The translations under genes were made by a program, and so were the position numbers. The notes under the pieces were generated by a model that had not been told where the DNA came from, made no database searches, and saw only the letters and a program-made list of their open reading frames with translations. Below, piece after piece: positions 14,569 to 35,949 of a DNA stretch of 64,000 nt (positions are counted from its first letter, which is position 1; every line of letters starts with the position of its first letter). The DNA comes from the human T2T-CHM13v2.0 reference genome, Homo sapiens. The stretch lies in assembly GCF_009914755.1 (NCBI RefSeq), contig NC_060941.1; one strand, written 5' to 3'.

Positions 14569-14614
14569 TGTTTTGTGATCAGAGATAACTTTGTTTTGTG
14601 ATCAGAGATAACTT
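14569..14614. repeat. Perfect 23 bp tandem duplication
   Basis: tgttttgtgatcagagataactt x2. Confidence 0.98.
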
Positions 14615-16208
14615 GAAAGTTTTTTTCATCATCTGAAAGTGACCAGGTAAGCCATGGGAGCTGCCCTTGTTTCTATCCAGGGAGTAAACAGGAGCTAACC
14701 TCATGGAATGTAGGAGAGAGATTATTTTTGTTTTGCTGATTGTTTGTTTCTAGGTACTAGGGGTTTTTCTTTTCTTTTCTTTTCTTTTCTTTTCTTTCTT
14801 TCTTTCTTTCTTTTTTTTTTAATTTTGAGAACTAGATTACCAGCACACCACTGCTTAAAACTATCCCAAGCCAGAAACTTTGGTGGTATGTCAACATTTC
14901 ATGGAGAAAAAGTACTGTGTGTGTGAACTGAGACATTTTATTAGACATTTTGTGGTATAAGCATCTCTGCTGTGGCTTCTATCTAGGTAGAAGGTGGAAG
15001 CATTTTACTTGCTTTCCAGAGCCCCGTCCAGCTGTCCTGCTACTGAGGGTGCTGGGAGAATGATGGCAAGAGTAACCAGCAAACAGCTGCCCCTTAAAGA
15101 GGATGGGGAGAGATTGGCTGGGTGCAGTGGTAGAAGCTAGTCTTCCTGGGCTTTAGGATGTCAGGAGCCATATGAGGATGGGGATGAGATTGAAGCTGCA
15201 TGGGACAGGCCAGCCGGGACTGGGTTGTGGGACCAGGTAAGACTCACCTTGGACGCTCTCAGAAATCTTTGAGTTACAGAGATAAGTATTTGTAACAGAC
15301 TAGAATTCGCACGTGGAGTAGAAATACCTTAATGCTGGGGGCATTGAGTTGTTAATGTTAACGCCACTCTACTTATCTATATATGGAGGAGGCTTGGGGA
15401 CACTGGATTGCAGTAATGATGTACATAAAGTGTCCAGTCCAGAGTCCCGTACATAGTAAGGACTGAGTAAAACAGTTTTCTTTTCACCTTGACCTTTCTC
15501 ATCATGCATCTATTAGCTATGCCAGTATTGAAGGTAAACATTAGCAAGAGGGAAGAGTTAATATTGCCCTGTTTAATGCCATGTATTGGGATTACACCCC
15601 TCAGTAGATATTTTTCTTGGAAACCAAGCTTAGTAATAGCTTCAAATGATCATCTCTTACATCCATAACTTCTTCACATGGTGTCTAGTCCATGGTAGGT
15701 ACTCAATAAATAGTTGTTGAATGTAGTTGATACAGGTTCTGGAGGAGTTTAACAAACCTAAAGTGCACATACTGGTTGAGTTCTGACAAGGAAACCATAG
15801 AATCTCAGAGAAAGGTTCTCATCTAATTCCCCATTCCGTTCTCTATTCTGTGGTTTGCATTACCTGCTCCCCCTCATCCTAGATGTGCTCCCCCGATCCT
15901 GGAGGTTACTCTGCCTGGACATACTGATACCAGTGGACACACCATGTGGGAAGTAGTCTATTCTGCTTTTGGACAAAGCTTCCCGTGCAATTTCAATGCC
16001 ATGTAAGGAAAGCATAGTGTCCTTGTATCTTTCATCCAAAGACAGAGACATAATTGGTCTGAATCCTGCTTGTTCCTTATAAAATATATTTTGGGAAACT
16101 CAGGCAATTTATTTCAGGAAAATCTGATGGGGAGGTTTAACCAAGTGTCCAGTAAGCTGAACTGCAATTGTGAATTATTAAAGGATGTCCTTTTATTAAA
16201 AAAGAAGT

Positions 16209-16545
<337 letters not shown>

Positions 16546-17160
16546 TTAGAATGGATCCAAAAGGAAACCTACTTCCAGAATTGACTCGGGTAGAATGGCA
16601 ACGAGTATCATGTCTTAGGAAAATGCCGGGGACTTACAACTCAAGGGGCATTGAAAAAAGAAAATATCGGGTCTTCCCTGCTTGCCTGCAGTATAGTATG
16701 CAGCCTGGTAAGAGCTGAGTTGGCCAGGATGGCTCAAGAGCTTCCTACCCTACTTTAGGCACCTAGCGGAAGTCTAGCAAGGCTGCAGGTAGGGGGGATT
16801 CCAGAGAAGGAATGAACATTTCATCAGCTGAGGTCTTGAAACAACCTCACAGAGAGCAGCCACAAAAATTCTCTAGGAGTGAGCAGGGGTGCAAAATCCT
16901 TGTCAATCCAGGCAGACAATTGGTAGCAGAAAGTCATGGGCCATAGTAGATCACTAAATAAAATTTTCTAAAAATATAAAAGATATTAAAAAGATATATA
17001 ACTGGATCACTAGCCAGGGATTACTAACCAGCAGAACAAGGCAGGACCCATAGTTCTGGAGACACAAGAATACAAAGGCTTTGGTTCATTGAGCAAAGGC
17101 GCAAATGGGACCTAGGATAGGGAGGAGGGAGTAGACCTCAGGAATGAAGCAGAAACTCAG

Positions 17161-17853
<693 letters not shown>

Positions 17854-18434
17854 CCAGTTAGCAAGTCAGGAACACAGAGGTTTGCTTAGAGATACAGGGC
17901 ATCAGACAAGAAGTGCTTCAAATCCCCCCTCCTAAAGCCGGAACAGCCCTAGAAACTAAGGGGGCACTTTCTTTACTAGACGTGGCCAGGTGAGCAAGGA
18001 CTTTATCCCACACTCTGGCCACCTTCAGCATATATCTTTAAAGAAAAAAACCTCAGGATAGAGCGTTTTACAGGTTTGTTTTGATTGATAGAATATTTTC
18101 AAGGGGGCGTAAGTTATTGGCTTTATACATTTTGTAGTTTAAAGGCAGTAAGGAAGAGGAACTTTTGAAATAATTTTTTCTTCAAGAAACACATTCTTAT
18201 TTCAGAAAATTTAGAAAAATGAGAAAATACTTAGAGAAAAGTCTTTTTACTTCGAAAAGCATACACATACTCTCATACATAAATACTGAGCTTCTTAATG
18301 TGTGTCCACTTGGAGTATATGCATTCTGCTTTATTTAATTATTATTACTTATTAAGCATTTATAAGACCACATAAAATAGAAAGCATAGTGGCTGTATAG
18401 TATTTTAATATATGGATGTAATATAAATATTTAA

Positions 18435-18852
<418 letters not shown>

Positions 18853-20399
18853 AAAAATCATATTTTTAAAACTCTAAACATGTTTTGCCAAATTGTTTTT
18901 CAGAAGCTATACCAGTTTACATCATATCCTTTCTGACATTGAATGTGACCATTAAAAAAAATAGTCTATTTAACAGGTGAAAGACGGTATTTTATTGCCT
19001 TATTTTGCATTTTTTCACTAGAAAGAATAAATTCTTCCTGCATTAGTGTTTGTATTAATATTACTAATAAATAAATACATGAGTTTATCTGAACCAAGCT
19101 ATGTCTTAGCAGGATGTAAGCTTAAGACCATCGGTTACAAGAAATAATCGTGGAGTCTTTGTGTATGAAAAGCCCCCTTTTTACAGGGATGGAAATGTTT
19201 GGAATGACGTTACAAATAAGATGCTGTTTTTCTAAACATGGCACACTCTTGCTTAGTGCTGGCAAATGCTAGGTGGGTGATTGAGCGGGAAACTTGCTGA
19301 GCTCAGCATCCTCTTATCTTCTTCCTCTTCCTGACCACCCCTACCCTCATTTTGGATCTTAATCTATTCAGTTTTACAGATGCTGAGATCGCTCCCAATC
19401 CGCCCACACATCTGGTTAGATTCGTATTTCCCTGGCTGGCTTGTATTTTACCAGCATCTGTCAACCCTATTTACTTCTTAATTGTTCTTTGGGCATTTGG
19501 AGGAAAAGCCTGCCTGGGGATCTACACACTCACATGAAAACTGTGCAAACGAGTCACAGGCTGGGACACCTTTAGAAAGAGTGGTTAAAGTTGATTTTTT
19601 ATTATTTATTGTTGAGCTGTTGAGTCATCATAAAATCAACGTCCAGCTGATGGCTGTCTTTGGTCTTGTGCAGTCAGCTGTCCCCGTGGTGCAGTGCATG
19701 ATTCCTGCTGGGGCCCAGGCATTTGAAGAAATAAAAAAAAAAAGGAAAGCCACCAGGTCCCCCTGAGGCCATTGGCTTGTTTTATGATGCAAACACCTGT
19801 CTCATTTTATATTGACTGCCCTGTGACCTAAAAACAAAAGCAGAATTTGTAACACCTCCAGGTGCAATAGCACCCACAGGATCTAAATAGAGCACCAGAG
19901 AGAAAGCAGCTATAAGTCACCAAAGATTAGCTTTGATACCCAGTGAGTGGAAAATACGATTCTCTCCAGAGACGGGTGTGGGCACTGTTCTTATTTAACC
20001 TTTTTTTCCCCAAATAAATGATCCAGACAAACAGGCACCATGAAATCTTTAAATTGGCAGATGGCACAAAATTATCCAGAAAGTGCCTTCCCACACTGAT
20101 GGTCATAAATGGCAGGAAGAGTTTTGGAGTTTGAGTGAATGGGCAGGAATGTGGCAGATGAGTTTCAGTGAGATGAAGTATCTGGTAATGAACTAAGGCA
20201 AAAATAATTACTGGGGACAGAGAATGGGCTGTGGGGTATTGGTTACAATCTGAAAAAGAGGTCTGGCAAAATTGGGTTGGGTTTTAGGGATAATCTACTA
20301 TGTGCTGTCAGAACTACTATGAAAATATTGTGTGGCACCAAATGAATATCGGTGACAAGTTGGAGATCTTCTACCATTGTCCACAAGATCTGTAATTCT

Positions 20400-20818
<419 letters not shown>

Positions 20819-21250
20819 TAATGATGACCTAATTATCAGGACCTTCTGGTGATCTTACTCTTTCCTGAATCAGAATTTGGTTCACATCTGTGCTTCCGTC
20901 TGTTTCCAAATTGCATTGTACCCAAATGTCCTCAACCAGTCAGAGATATAGATCAGGCCTCTGCATTGAGCACGGAGCTGGCTTTCTCCCCTCTTTGTTT
21001 CTTAGGACTTGGATGGCTATTTCTTAGACCGGTACTATCTGACTGCTTTTCTTGCCTCGGTTGTCCTCCCGAAGCCTGACCTCTCCTTACCTGTGTAATA
21101 ACCTGATCTTTCTCCCAGACTGAGTCTCTGATCTATGGGGTTTGGCAGAGCTCCCTCGGCTACGCGGTCTCCTATTGCTGTCTTCTTCCTGCCTCCATGC
21201 CTCAAGGAGCAGCAAGGTAGCAGGAGAAGGTAAACACAATAGTTAAGCGA

Positions 21251-22030
<780 letters not shown>

Positions 22031-23121
22031 TATTTATTATATCTATTTCATAAACTTTCTAGCCAGTACAGTTCAGTACCCATAGAAGGAACAAAGGTAT
22101 ACATGTTGAATCTCTAAAATTTTCCAGAGTTAAACATTTAGGCCATTTAGCTTAGCATTGGATAAGAATTAGATAAGACAGTCAGGAGATGAGGGCTTAT
22201 GCAAGCTGATGCTCTGAACCTTTTACCTCTGTGTGTTCCCTGGCAAAACTTCATCTAGCAAGACCATTTATCTGGCACCAATGCTGGTTCTAACACCCCC
22301 TCCATGTTCAAGCAAACCTATGGGTTTCAGCCTAGACTACGAGAGAGAAACATTGATACTCAAACACAAATGCAGTTTAACAACCTGGAGGCTATTGGAT
22401 GATTGTCAAATTTAGACCCTGCTCAAATTTCTTCTTTGGTGAAGAATGCATGGAGCCTGAAGAGTTTTTAAAGTTTGGCTTCTGTTTCACGCTAACCAAA
22501 TGCATCTCTTTAGCAGAGAGGCAACTTCCTTTGAATCCCACAAGGTATTTTGGACACTGAACAGGCTCACGAACCCATCTCATGAGCAAAGTGTAAATGA
22601 ACCCAGAAACACCAAGCTTATGTTTTTCTTAAAATAAACAAGCATAAACAATTTACAGAAAAAAATTCTCAGGGGCAAACCACAGTTGGATGTTAGCAGA
22701 TTTCAAAACAATTGAAAAATGATTGAACACTTCTTGCGGATCCCAAGACATCTGCAAAATTGCTCAACATTTTTGTGGCCTCCTGGATCTTCAAGACCCC
22801 CAAGTATGCATTTATCTACCCAGACAAATCCCCAGCCCACTCAGTGCAAGTAAACTCATCAAGGAAGCATTAGGGTGACTGAATGGCAATTCACCGGGCA
22901 ACCTGTTATGTTTCTGGCCCATGTCTTCTTGTAAGTCTTCTTATTTATCTTTTTCCATCATCAGGAATGACCTTGAGCAGATCCTTTTCTGTCTTACACT
23001 TAGAATTCTCTGAGGAAAGAAATGCTAATACACCCTTCAATAGCCTATTCTATTTTTCCATAAACCTGATGCTCCCAGGAGGTTTTCTTCCACATTACAA
23101 TTTCTTAAAATCCCATTTGCT

Positions 23122-23480
<359 letters not shown>

Positions 23481-24824
23481 TCATCATAATTCTTTGAATA
23501 TTTGGAAGTGGTGTTTAGGAAAACCTTCTCCTTTTGGAATTAAGTAATCATCACTTTTCTTGCAGTTCTGATTTTTTGACACTGTAACTATCTTCCCAGT
23601 TCCCACTATCTTTGCTCCCTCTCTGGCGATTCCTATGGGGCAGACAATGAATGACCAGCCACAAGATACTGACACCTACCTATTTCCTCTCTGAGTTTCA
23701 GCTTTAGGGAGATTTCTGGAAATTACCAAGGTAACTTCTTGGGCTCACCCTTTCCCTGCAGGCTTGGGAGAAATCTTAAATTAATTTAGTTTTATTGCCA
23801 TACTTGGTATAACTCAGTTAAAGCAATCTTATTCATGGAAACATCTCACAGTAGGTTGGATGTTGATTTAACTAAAATACTACATACAAATCAGGGAAAT
23901 AAGACAACTGAAAGGCTTGAATTGTATTTGGCATTCTTTAATAGTTCCCAGGTCTCATAAAAACCATGAGGGAGGTGGCAGGATGAAGAAATTGAGCTGT
24001 TAAATCAGACGAAAGCCGAATGTGGAAGAGGCCTCATCCTTGGAAGGGAGTTTCTTGTCTATTGCTGACCCCCATGAGGAAGAGAGAAAAACATTTCATT
24101 TACTCTTTTGAAAAGAACATAACACTGGAAAACTCTTAATATTAGATGCTGACAACCAGCTATTTCCTGTCATATACACTAGTCTATACATTTTTTTTAA
24201 GGGAAAACAATTTACTAGTTCAAAAGTAGACATGTTAATCATGGGGAACATTTTGAAAAAAATGGAAGAAATGAAAACAAGAAAATTAAAAATTTTTCAT
24301 AATCTTATCACATGGAGACATATAATAGTTTTTTATAAGTCTCTAGTGCTTGATTTTTATTATGATTCTTTTTCTTTCTCTCAAAAACTAAAAATTGAAA
24401 TCATGCTGAATATATTGTGTTGTAACTTACTTCTTTCATGATAAGAATTATTCTTAAACAGAATATTATTTGATGTCTGAGTTATAAAGTTAGATCATAT
24501 CTCTAAAAGTTTTTGTTTTTTTTTTTCTGGCTACCATAAATCATGCTTTCATAAACAAACATCTCTGGAACTAAATCTTTATGCCGAGCCAACATCTTTT
24601 CTATTTCTATGTATTTCGATGTATTTCTAGAAGTTAAATTACTGGGTCAAGGAGATGCAAAATTGTAGAGCTTTTAAATATAAATCTCCAGGAAGACTAA
24701 ACCCACCAGCAAGGTATAAATGTTTCATCACACAAATTCAGTATATTTTAATTAAAATTTCTAATTTATAGATAAAATAATAGCTCATGGGTTTTATTTG
24801 ATTATTAAGGAGTTGAGTATTTTC

Positions 24825-25109
24825 TTTTTTTTTTTTGAGATGGAGTCTCGCTCTGTCACCCAGGCAGTGCACGATCTTGGCTCACTGCCAGCTCTGCCTC
24901 CTGGGTTCATGCCAGTCTCCTGCCTCAGCCTCCCAGGTAGCTTGGACTACAGGTGCCCGCCACCACGCCCGGCTAATTTTTTTGTATTTTTAGTAAAGAC
25001 ATGGTTTCACCGTGTTAGCCAGGGTGGTCTCAATCTCCTGACCCCGTGATCCACCTGCCCCGGGCTCCCAAAGTGCTGGGATTACAGGCTTAAGCCACCG
25101 CGCCCAGCC
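24825..25109 (-). mobile_element. AluY-like with a small internal deletion
   Basis: 17 bp TSD aggagttga(g/a)tattttc. Confidence 0.92.
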
Positions 25110-25519
25110 AGGAGTTGAATATTTTCAAGTAAAATATTGCCATTTACATTCATGTGCTTTGCCTGGTTATCAATAGTAAGACATACTTAAAAAAAATTTG
25201 TTAATTTAATTTTTGCATAGTAAGTATAGCAATTCTATGCTTTCTCTCATATGTTGAAAACATTCATTTTAACTGTAGATTGGTGCTTATTTTTGTATAA
25301 TACCATTATTAAGCTATAAATGATACTATTAATTAAACTACAATACTATTAACTAGACTACATGTATATTTTCTTGGACTGATCTGTATTTGGAGATGTA
25401 TTTTGACAATATTTTAAATTTCTTCTTCAGCATTTTTACTTGGTTAGTCAATTTTAATAACTTTCACTTTTATAGAAAATCATTCATTTTATTCAGATTT
25501 CAAAATAATTAATATTGCA

Positions 25520-25808
25520 TTTTTGTTGTTGTTGTTTGTGTTGTTTTTGGAGAAGGAGTCTTGCTCTGTCACCCATGCTGGAGTGCAGTGGCGCGATCTT
25601 GGCCCACTGCAACCTCTGCCTCCCGGGTTGAAGTGATTCTCCTGCCTCAGCCTTCCAAGTAGCTGGGACTACAGGTGCATGCCACTATGCTCGACTAGTT
25701 TTTGTATTTTTAGTAGAGATGGGGTTTCACCATGTTGTCTAGGCTGGTCTCGAACTCCTGAGCTCAAGCGATCTGCCTGCCTTGGCCTCCCAATGTGCTG
25801 GAATACAG
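25520..25808 (-). mobile_element. AluS/J lacking ~20 bp of its 5' end
   Basis: Dimer ends at gtgctggaatacag. Confidence 0.9.
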
Positions 25809-26129
25809 TTTTAACAATTACTCTATAAAAACATTTGCAGTCTCCTTTATGTCTGTCGTGTATGCCCTTTCTTAATTCTGATAGTGAAATTGATTTCCTT
25901 GACTTTGGCTTGGAGTTTGTCCATTTTATTAGTCCCCTTAAGGAATCAGCTGCAGAATTTTAAGAAATCTGTCCTGGGATTTTTTTTAATTATGATTTTT
26001 TGGTCTTACTCATTTATTAGTTAATATTTACTGCTTTCTTCCTGCTTGTCTTCTTGAGTTATTCTTCTATTCTCTCAAGTCCATTTTAGTATCAGATGTT
26101 GGAGCCTCCTTGCCCCATACACCTTTCAT

Positions 26130-26500
26130 TGCTGGGCCCTCCCCTAACAGCTCACACCTGCATTTTCTTTCCTTTTTTTTTTTCTAAAAAGTCACCTTTT
26201 CAATGAAGCCTTTCCAGCCATTTTATCTAAAATGTCAATAAATCCCTTCTCCTGTCTCCAGATTCTCCCCCTGACTTCCTGGTTTTATTTCTCTCATTAG
26301 CACTTAATCACTAAATATGCAATATATTTTACATATTTATCTTATTTATTTTTTGTCTCTTCCACCAGCCTATAAGCTCCACGAGAGCAGAGATTTTAAT
26401 CTATCTTCTTGTTCACTGCTTTTCTCCCCAGCTTTTAGAAGAAGTGCCCAGTTTATAGTAGGTGCTCAATAAAAATTTGTTCACTGAATGAATGAATGAA
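26130..26500 (+). mobile_element. L2 3' end
   Basis: taagctccacgagagcagag...gtgctcaataaaaatttg...tgaatgaatgaa. Confidence 0.85.
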
Positions 26501-26719
26501 AGAAACCATGACACCTCAAGGCAGGAAGCTTTGAATAGTAGAGCTCAAAGAGTCAGCTCCATTTATGACAATCACTTTCTTAAGTTCTTCAGTTTTACTG
26601 TACATTTTACCTTTCTCATGTCTTGTCTTAGAGTCTTAAAGTTGTTTTCATGGCTGGCGGGTGATAGTGAGATATGAGAGAACCTGGGGTCATGAAACAT
26701 GAAGCTCTTCTTGCCATAG

Positions 26720-27136
<417 letters not shown>

Positions 27137-28440
27137 TGAGGTACCCTGGACCATGGGGAAAACTTTTTTGACCAGGAAAAGGGGGGCAGCTTTTCCTTAT
27201 CTCTTACCCTACCCTGGAATCTTAGTCTTTTTTGTATTTCCCTCCTCTAATCGTTCAGAAACAGTCCGTTCCTTGAAGGCACACCTGCCAGTGAGAAGAG
27301 CCTTTGCCTGAAATGCCTAGGCCTGAACATAGGTCCAAAGTAAGAATTCTCATCCCAGATCCCTTTGACCTCTTCAGCCACGTAGAAAAGACTTCCAAGG
27401 GACCATGACAAGAAGGCTCAGAACTTTAGCCACTCTTCTCTATACCCCAAATCTCTCTTCCTATCACTAACTTTCTGTGCCCACAAATGTGAGGACTGGT
27501 GAATAAAGAGGAGCAGGCACAAAGGGGACCTTGAACAACCTCCCCCTCCATAGTCTAAGAGCCACAGAGTCCTGTAAACAGGGAATTGTAGATCTGGGAG
27601 GGAAGCATTACTTCTGAGAGGAAGCCCGTTTCGTTATCAGACAGCTGTCCTCCTTGTAGATAGGTAAAATGAGTTTGCCAGAAAGTTCTACATTTCCTTT
27701 CTGATGGAACTCCCGTGAGTCAAACAAGCCAAATATACTCATTCAGCAAGACTTTTACTTGTATAGTTCTGTTTAAAAGGGAATGCCCAGGATTAGACAA
27801 AGTACCCCACACACATCTTGAACAGAGCAGATTGCTAGCTTATATATAATATGAACAGTTTTTCCAGAGTGGAAAAGACAATGTGGCAAAGGAAGACTCT
27901 GGAATTCATATCCTCGCAAGGGACCATTTGTCCCCAAGGGGATTTTATGTGGTAACTGTTTTGACTAGTTGAAAACCATTATATGGATCTGCTCATTGTC
28001 TTTTCATGATGGATGAGGGGTCCCGGAGGTAGATTTTTGCTTTCTATGAAGATGTGCTTTCCAAGAAATTGGACTGTTAAACAATGAACAGGGTGACTAT
28101 GTAAGAACAGAGGGTTTTATTCAAACAGAATCTGTTTGACCATCTCTTCAGTCTCCTGTAGAGAGTTTCATGCATGGGATGAGTTTGGACTAGGTGGTCT
28201 CTGAATTCTTTTATATCTAATTCTTTCTCCTTTTTTATATTTAGAAATAAACCCAGACTGTTAGGAGAAAGCAAAGATCAGAGAAGCATGAACATCAAGG
28301 CAGTTCTGTAGCCATTTATTTCAGCCCAGCAGGCTGGGGTATGACAAGGTGGCTACACCCTGCCCACTTCTACTTTCTGGGGCCCTGATGTGCATGGCGG
28401 GCACCTGAAAAATGGGCAAAACCATAGTCTCTCCGTCCTA

Positions 28441-28806
<366 letters not shown>

Positions 28807-29274
28807 CTACAGCTGGAAACTGAATTGTTTACCCAATTATATTAGTCTTCTGAGGCTGCTGTAATAAAACGCCACAAACTGGGTGGCTTAGAGCAACATA
28901 ATTTATTCTCTCACAGTTCTGAAGCCCAGAAGTCCTACATCAAGGTATTACTGAGGCCAATGCCTTCTCTGAGACTCCACGTGGAATCTTCCCTGGCCTC
29001 TTCCTAGATGTTGCCAGTGGCTGTCAACCCTTGGCATTCCTTGGTTTGCAGCTGCATCACTCCAGTCTCTGCTCTTGTCATCACGTGGCAGTCTCTTCCT
29101 GTGTCTTTACATTGTCTTCTAATAACACCAGTCATATTGGATTAAAAGCCTACCCCACCCCAGTATGGCCTCCTCCTAACTCAGTTACTGCTGCAATGAC
29201 CCTATATTCAAATAAGATCACATTCTGAGGCACTAGGGTTAGGATTTCAACACATCTTTTTGGAGGACACAATT

Positions 29275-32124
<2,850 letters not shown>

Positions 32125-32614
32125 CAATTCAACTTATAACACCAAATAAAACGAAAGATAGAAGGAAGAATAAATCCAACAGAAAAAGGAATAAGAACAA
32201 CACGTACTTCTTCCATGCATTTCTTGGTGCATGGATGTTTTCAACTCTGTACAGGGTTAAGGCAAAATGTAGAAAGAAAAGAAAATGCTATGGTGGAAAA
32301 TAAAAGGATCATTTAATTTTATACAGCACCTTTTCTCTAGGGTTTTTTAAGTATACAGTCATTGTTATAAATGTTGTATGTATACTTGTGGGTTTGTCTA
32401 TAAGACACATAGAAAATTGCTTTAACTACTTGTCGAGGGAGGAAAAGAAAATAAATCTTTTGAACTGATTTCCAAGATAGGATATTCAGGTGATTAGGAT
32501 TCTTTACATAATCCAAGATCAAACAGGCTCTTATTAGAGGCTGGTTGAGAGGCAGGACACTGAACTTTGAATTGAAGTTAAAATGTAAAACATTTCATGG
32601 TGAAGGAGAGGAAC

Positions 32615-33010
32615 AGAGTGGATAGCATTATGGCCCCAATTTTTTGCTACTCCTGCTTTGCACATGTTTTGCCCTGTGGCTTTGCAGTTGCCACGACACT
32701 AGAAAATGTGACTTGATTTGGCCAAAAGAAGGACCCATACCCATACTGTGCCACTTCTGAGTGTATGCATCAAGAGACTCCACATACGTTTTGTTCAATA
32801 TTTGTGTTTATGTCATTAACATAAGAATATGCTTGGGCTGAATGGTCCAAGGAAAATGTTTAGAGTTACATGAAACCGTGTTAAGACCCACTGAATTCAG
32901 CTGATCCCCACCAACTCACAGATCTTTGAGAATAAATTATTGTTGCTTCAAGTCACTGAATTCTGGGGTAATTTGTTATATTGCATTACTTTGGCCATAG
33001 TAATGATATA
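32615..33010 (+). mobile_element. Old MLT1 (G/H-like) LTR
   Basis: aataaattattgttgcttcaagtcactgaattctggggtaatttgtta. Confidence 0.6.
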
Positions 33011-33159
33011 GGATAAAAGGAATATGATTCAGAGGGTTAGGAGAAAAAAAATGCAGTTACTTTTGATTTACCTGTGGCTGCTATTCCAGGGTGCTCTTTT
33101 GAGGCATGATTACTTTACGCACCTTTTACTTTGTTAGTTACCTTACTTTTTAAAATTCA

Positions 33160-33450
33160 ACGTCCCCTGGGAATTTGTTGGAAATGTAAATTCTAAGACT
33201 TACTCCCAGATTTACTGAATCAGACACTCTGGGATCGGGGACCCAGCGTCCATATTTTAACTAGCCTTCCAGGTGATTTTAACACCCAGTAAAGTTTGAG
33301 ATCTAGTGCTCTCCATGCAATAGAATCATCTAGTGGGCATTCACAAGACATAGAAGAAGCCTAAGTTCCACACCTCCCTTCCCCCAGATCCTATTTAAGT
33401 GCTTCAAAACCTCTCCAGGTGATTCTAATATGCAGCCAAATTTGAAGACC
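33160..33450. mobile_element. MER5A/MER5B fragments
   Basis: actgaatcagacactctggg...ccaggtgatt; the ccaggtgatt motif occurs twice. Confidence 0.7.
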
Positions 33451-33698
33451 CCTTTTCTAGAGGGACTTAATCTAGAAAGTAATTTGCTTCAATTTGACAC
33501 TGTGTGTGAGAACAGCACTTGGAAATAATAAAAATTGACACAACCATTGAGGTCAACCAAATCAATATGAAATTTTGTTCACCCGATCGAATACTTTTAT
33601 CTTCGTACCCATCCATCAAGACCTTGTTCGTGCCTTTGACACAGGAGATTTGCCTTCTCATGTGCTGTTCCTGTGGTCTAGAATAATTTCCCCTCTTC

Positions 33699-34016
<318 letters not shown>

Positions 34017-34416
34017 TCATTTACCTGGTTAACACTTATTTATCCTTCAAAATCCCTTTCTGCCCCTCCCAAGTTGAATTATCACTGCCCCCTTTGTTCT
34101 AAGAAATTCTTACCTCTCTTAGCACTTCTTATGTTTATAATTGCGATTATTTTCTCTTTTACTAGACCATGAGCATCTTGATGTCAGTACCCATTTATTA
34201 TTCTTTTTTTTTTTAAATCTCCAGAAACACAGAGAAAGCTCTTTGTGTGCATATTGAATGAAATGAGTTCATTCTATGGCTATTCTTTGTAGGCCACCTC
34301 TTCAGCACTTCTGGGATTTTTTATTGTCAGTTCTTCCTCTGAATACACTACATATGCCAAATATAATCCATTAAAACTAGATTCTCTTCTAGGTTTTCTT
34401 CTCAGTACTACCCCCT

Positions 34417-34417
<1 letters not shown>

Positions 34418-34459
<42 letters not shown>

Positions 34460-34577
34460 GTAGAGATTAGGTCTCACCATGTTACCCAGGCTGGTCTTGA
34501 ACTCCCGGGCTCAAGCAATCCTCCCAGCTTAGCCTCCCAAAGTGCTGGGTTACCATCATGAGCCACTGTGCCCAGCC
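34418..34577 (-). mobile_element. FLAM_C-like Alu left monomer with a T41 tail
   Basis: Left arm only, containing gggctcaagcaatcctccc. Confidence 0.88.
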
Positions 34578-35949
34578 AGCACTCCTTTATTCCCAATATA
34601 TTATCTCCCTGAATGATTTCATTAATTTGCACTGGTGTGTGGATTGACTCATAAATCCACATTTCTTGACCCAACCCTTCCCTTGAGCTCCAGAACTACA
34701 TTTCTAATGGCCTCCAAGAGTAAATGGATGGTTTGCTCAGACTCTAAAACCAACATATATGAAATAAAACTTTCACCTTCCCTGAAGCCCTAGCTTTTCC
34801 TTTCTGACTTCCCAGGCGCTAATTAGAACCACTACTAATCAGTCAGTAATTCTAGACAGCTAGGCACAGCAGCGAGGCCATCGCCAACTTTCTGGGGTCC
34901 ATGCTAGAGTGGCATTTCACCCATTGATTTCCCCAAATTCATTGCCACTGCTTTATTCACATTGTCACTGTCTTCACCCACCCTTGTAATAGGATACCGA
35001 TAGATGTCCCTTGATTCCTGTCTCTTACCTTTGCATTCAAGCTCCATATTACCAGAATTATCTTCTTGAGAGAAGAATCAGATAAGAAAATTACCTTCCT
35101 TATAACCTCCCAAACTTGCATTTAGCTTCTCCTCCTTTGGCGATAGTAACGGATATTTGCTGCAAGCTTGGAAAATGAAGCGACGTTTCAACTTGGTCAT
35201 GCCGACTTGCTTTGTTTCATGGGCCCCCCTCGTCTTCCCTGGGGCTGCCCTGTTTCTTCATACTCCTCAGACTCTGGGCCCCTGAGTTTTTCAGGAGGTG
35301 CCAGAGCATCGCCGGCAACACCTAAGAAAGGTCATCTTTTTGACCTCATCATTATTGCGTACTCTCATTAAGGGCAAAGATCAAATCTTTTGCTTAGCCA
35401 CACTTGTCAGCTAAAGTTAGCACAAAACCGGGCAACAGAAGCCTCTGAGGAAATCCTTCTGAATGAGTAGGTGTGAGAAAGATAAATAAATAACAGAGGT
35501 CCCTTGGTCAAAGCAGCAGAGCTAGGCAGCTCTCTGAAGCTGCGAAAGACCCTGGGAGCTTTGCTGCAGCGAAGTGCCTAGTCTGGAATTGATGGATGCA
35601 TTTTGCATCTGGGCTTCTAACCAGAAGAGCCTCTCCTCACTTTAAGGAATGTGAAATTGAAGGCTCACATTGCTATGTGAAGCCAGAGGGCTTTTCAGTA
35701 CAATGCAACATCATGTTCTACTTACCGAATGGTGGGGCTTTCCCTTCACATGGGGATTGGCTCTGAACCTGAACGGGCTGTGCCAACGGGAGATTCCTTG
35801 ATGTTCCTTGCTGTTCATGCTCCATGTTTCTGTTCAGTGGAGCATCCGATTACCGATGTGGACCAGGCTCTGTTCGGCTCCCTCCTCACACTTTATTGCT
35901 CATGATTTTCATATGTTTTGGGTCCATTTTCAAGTCTCCCTCCACCCCC

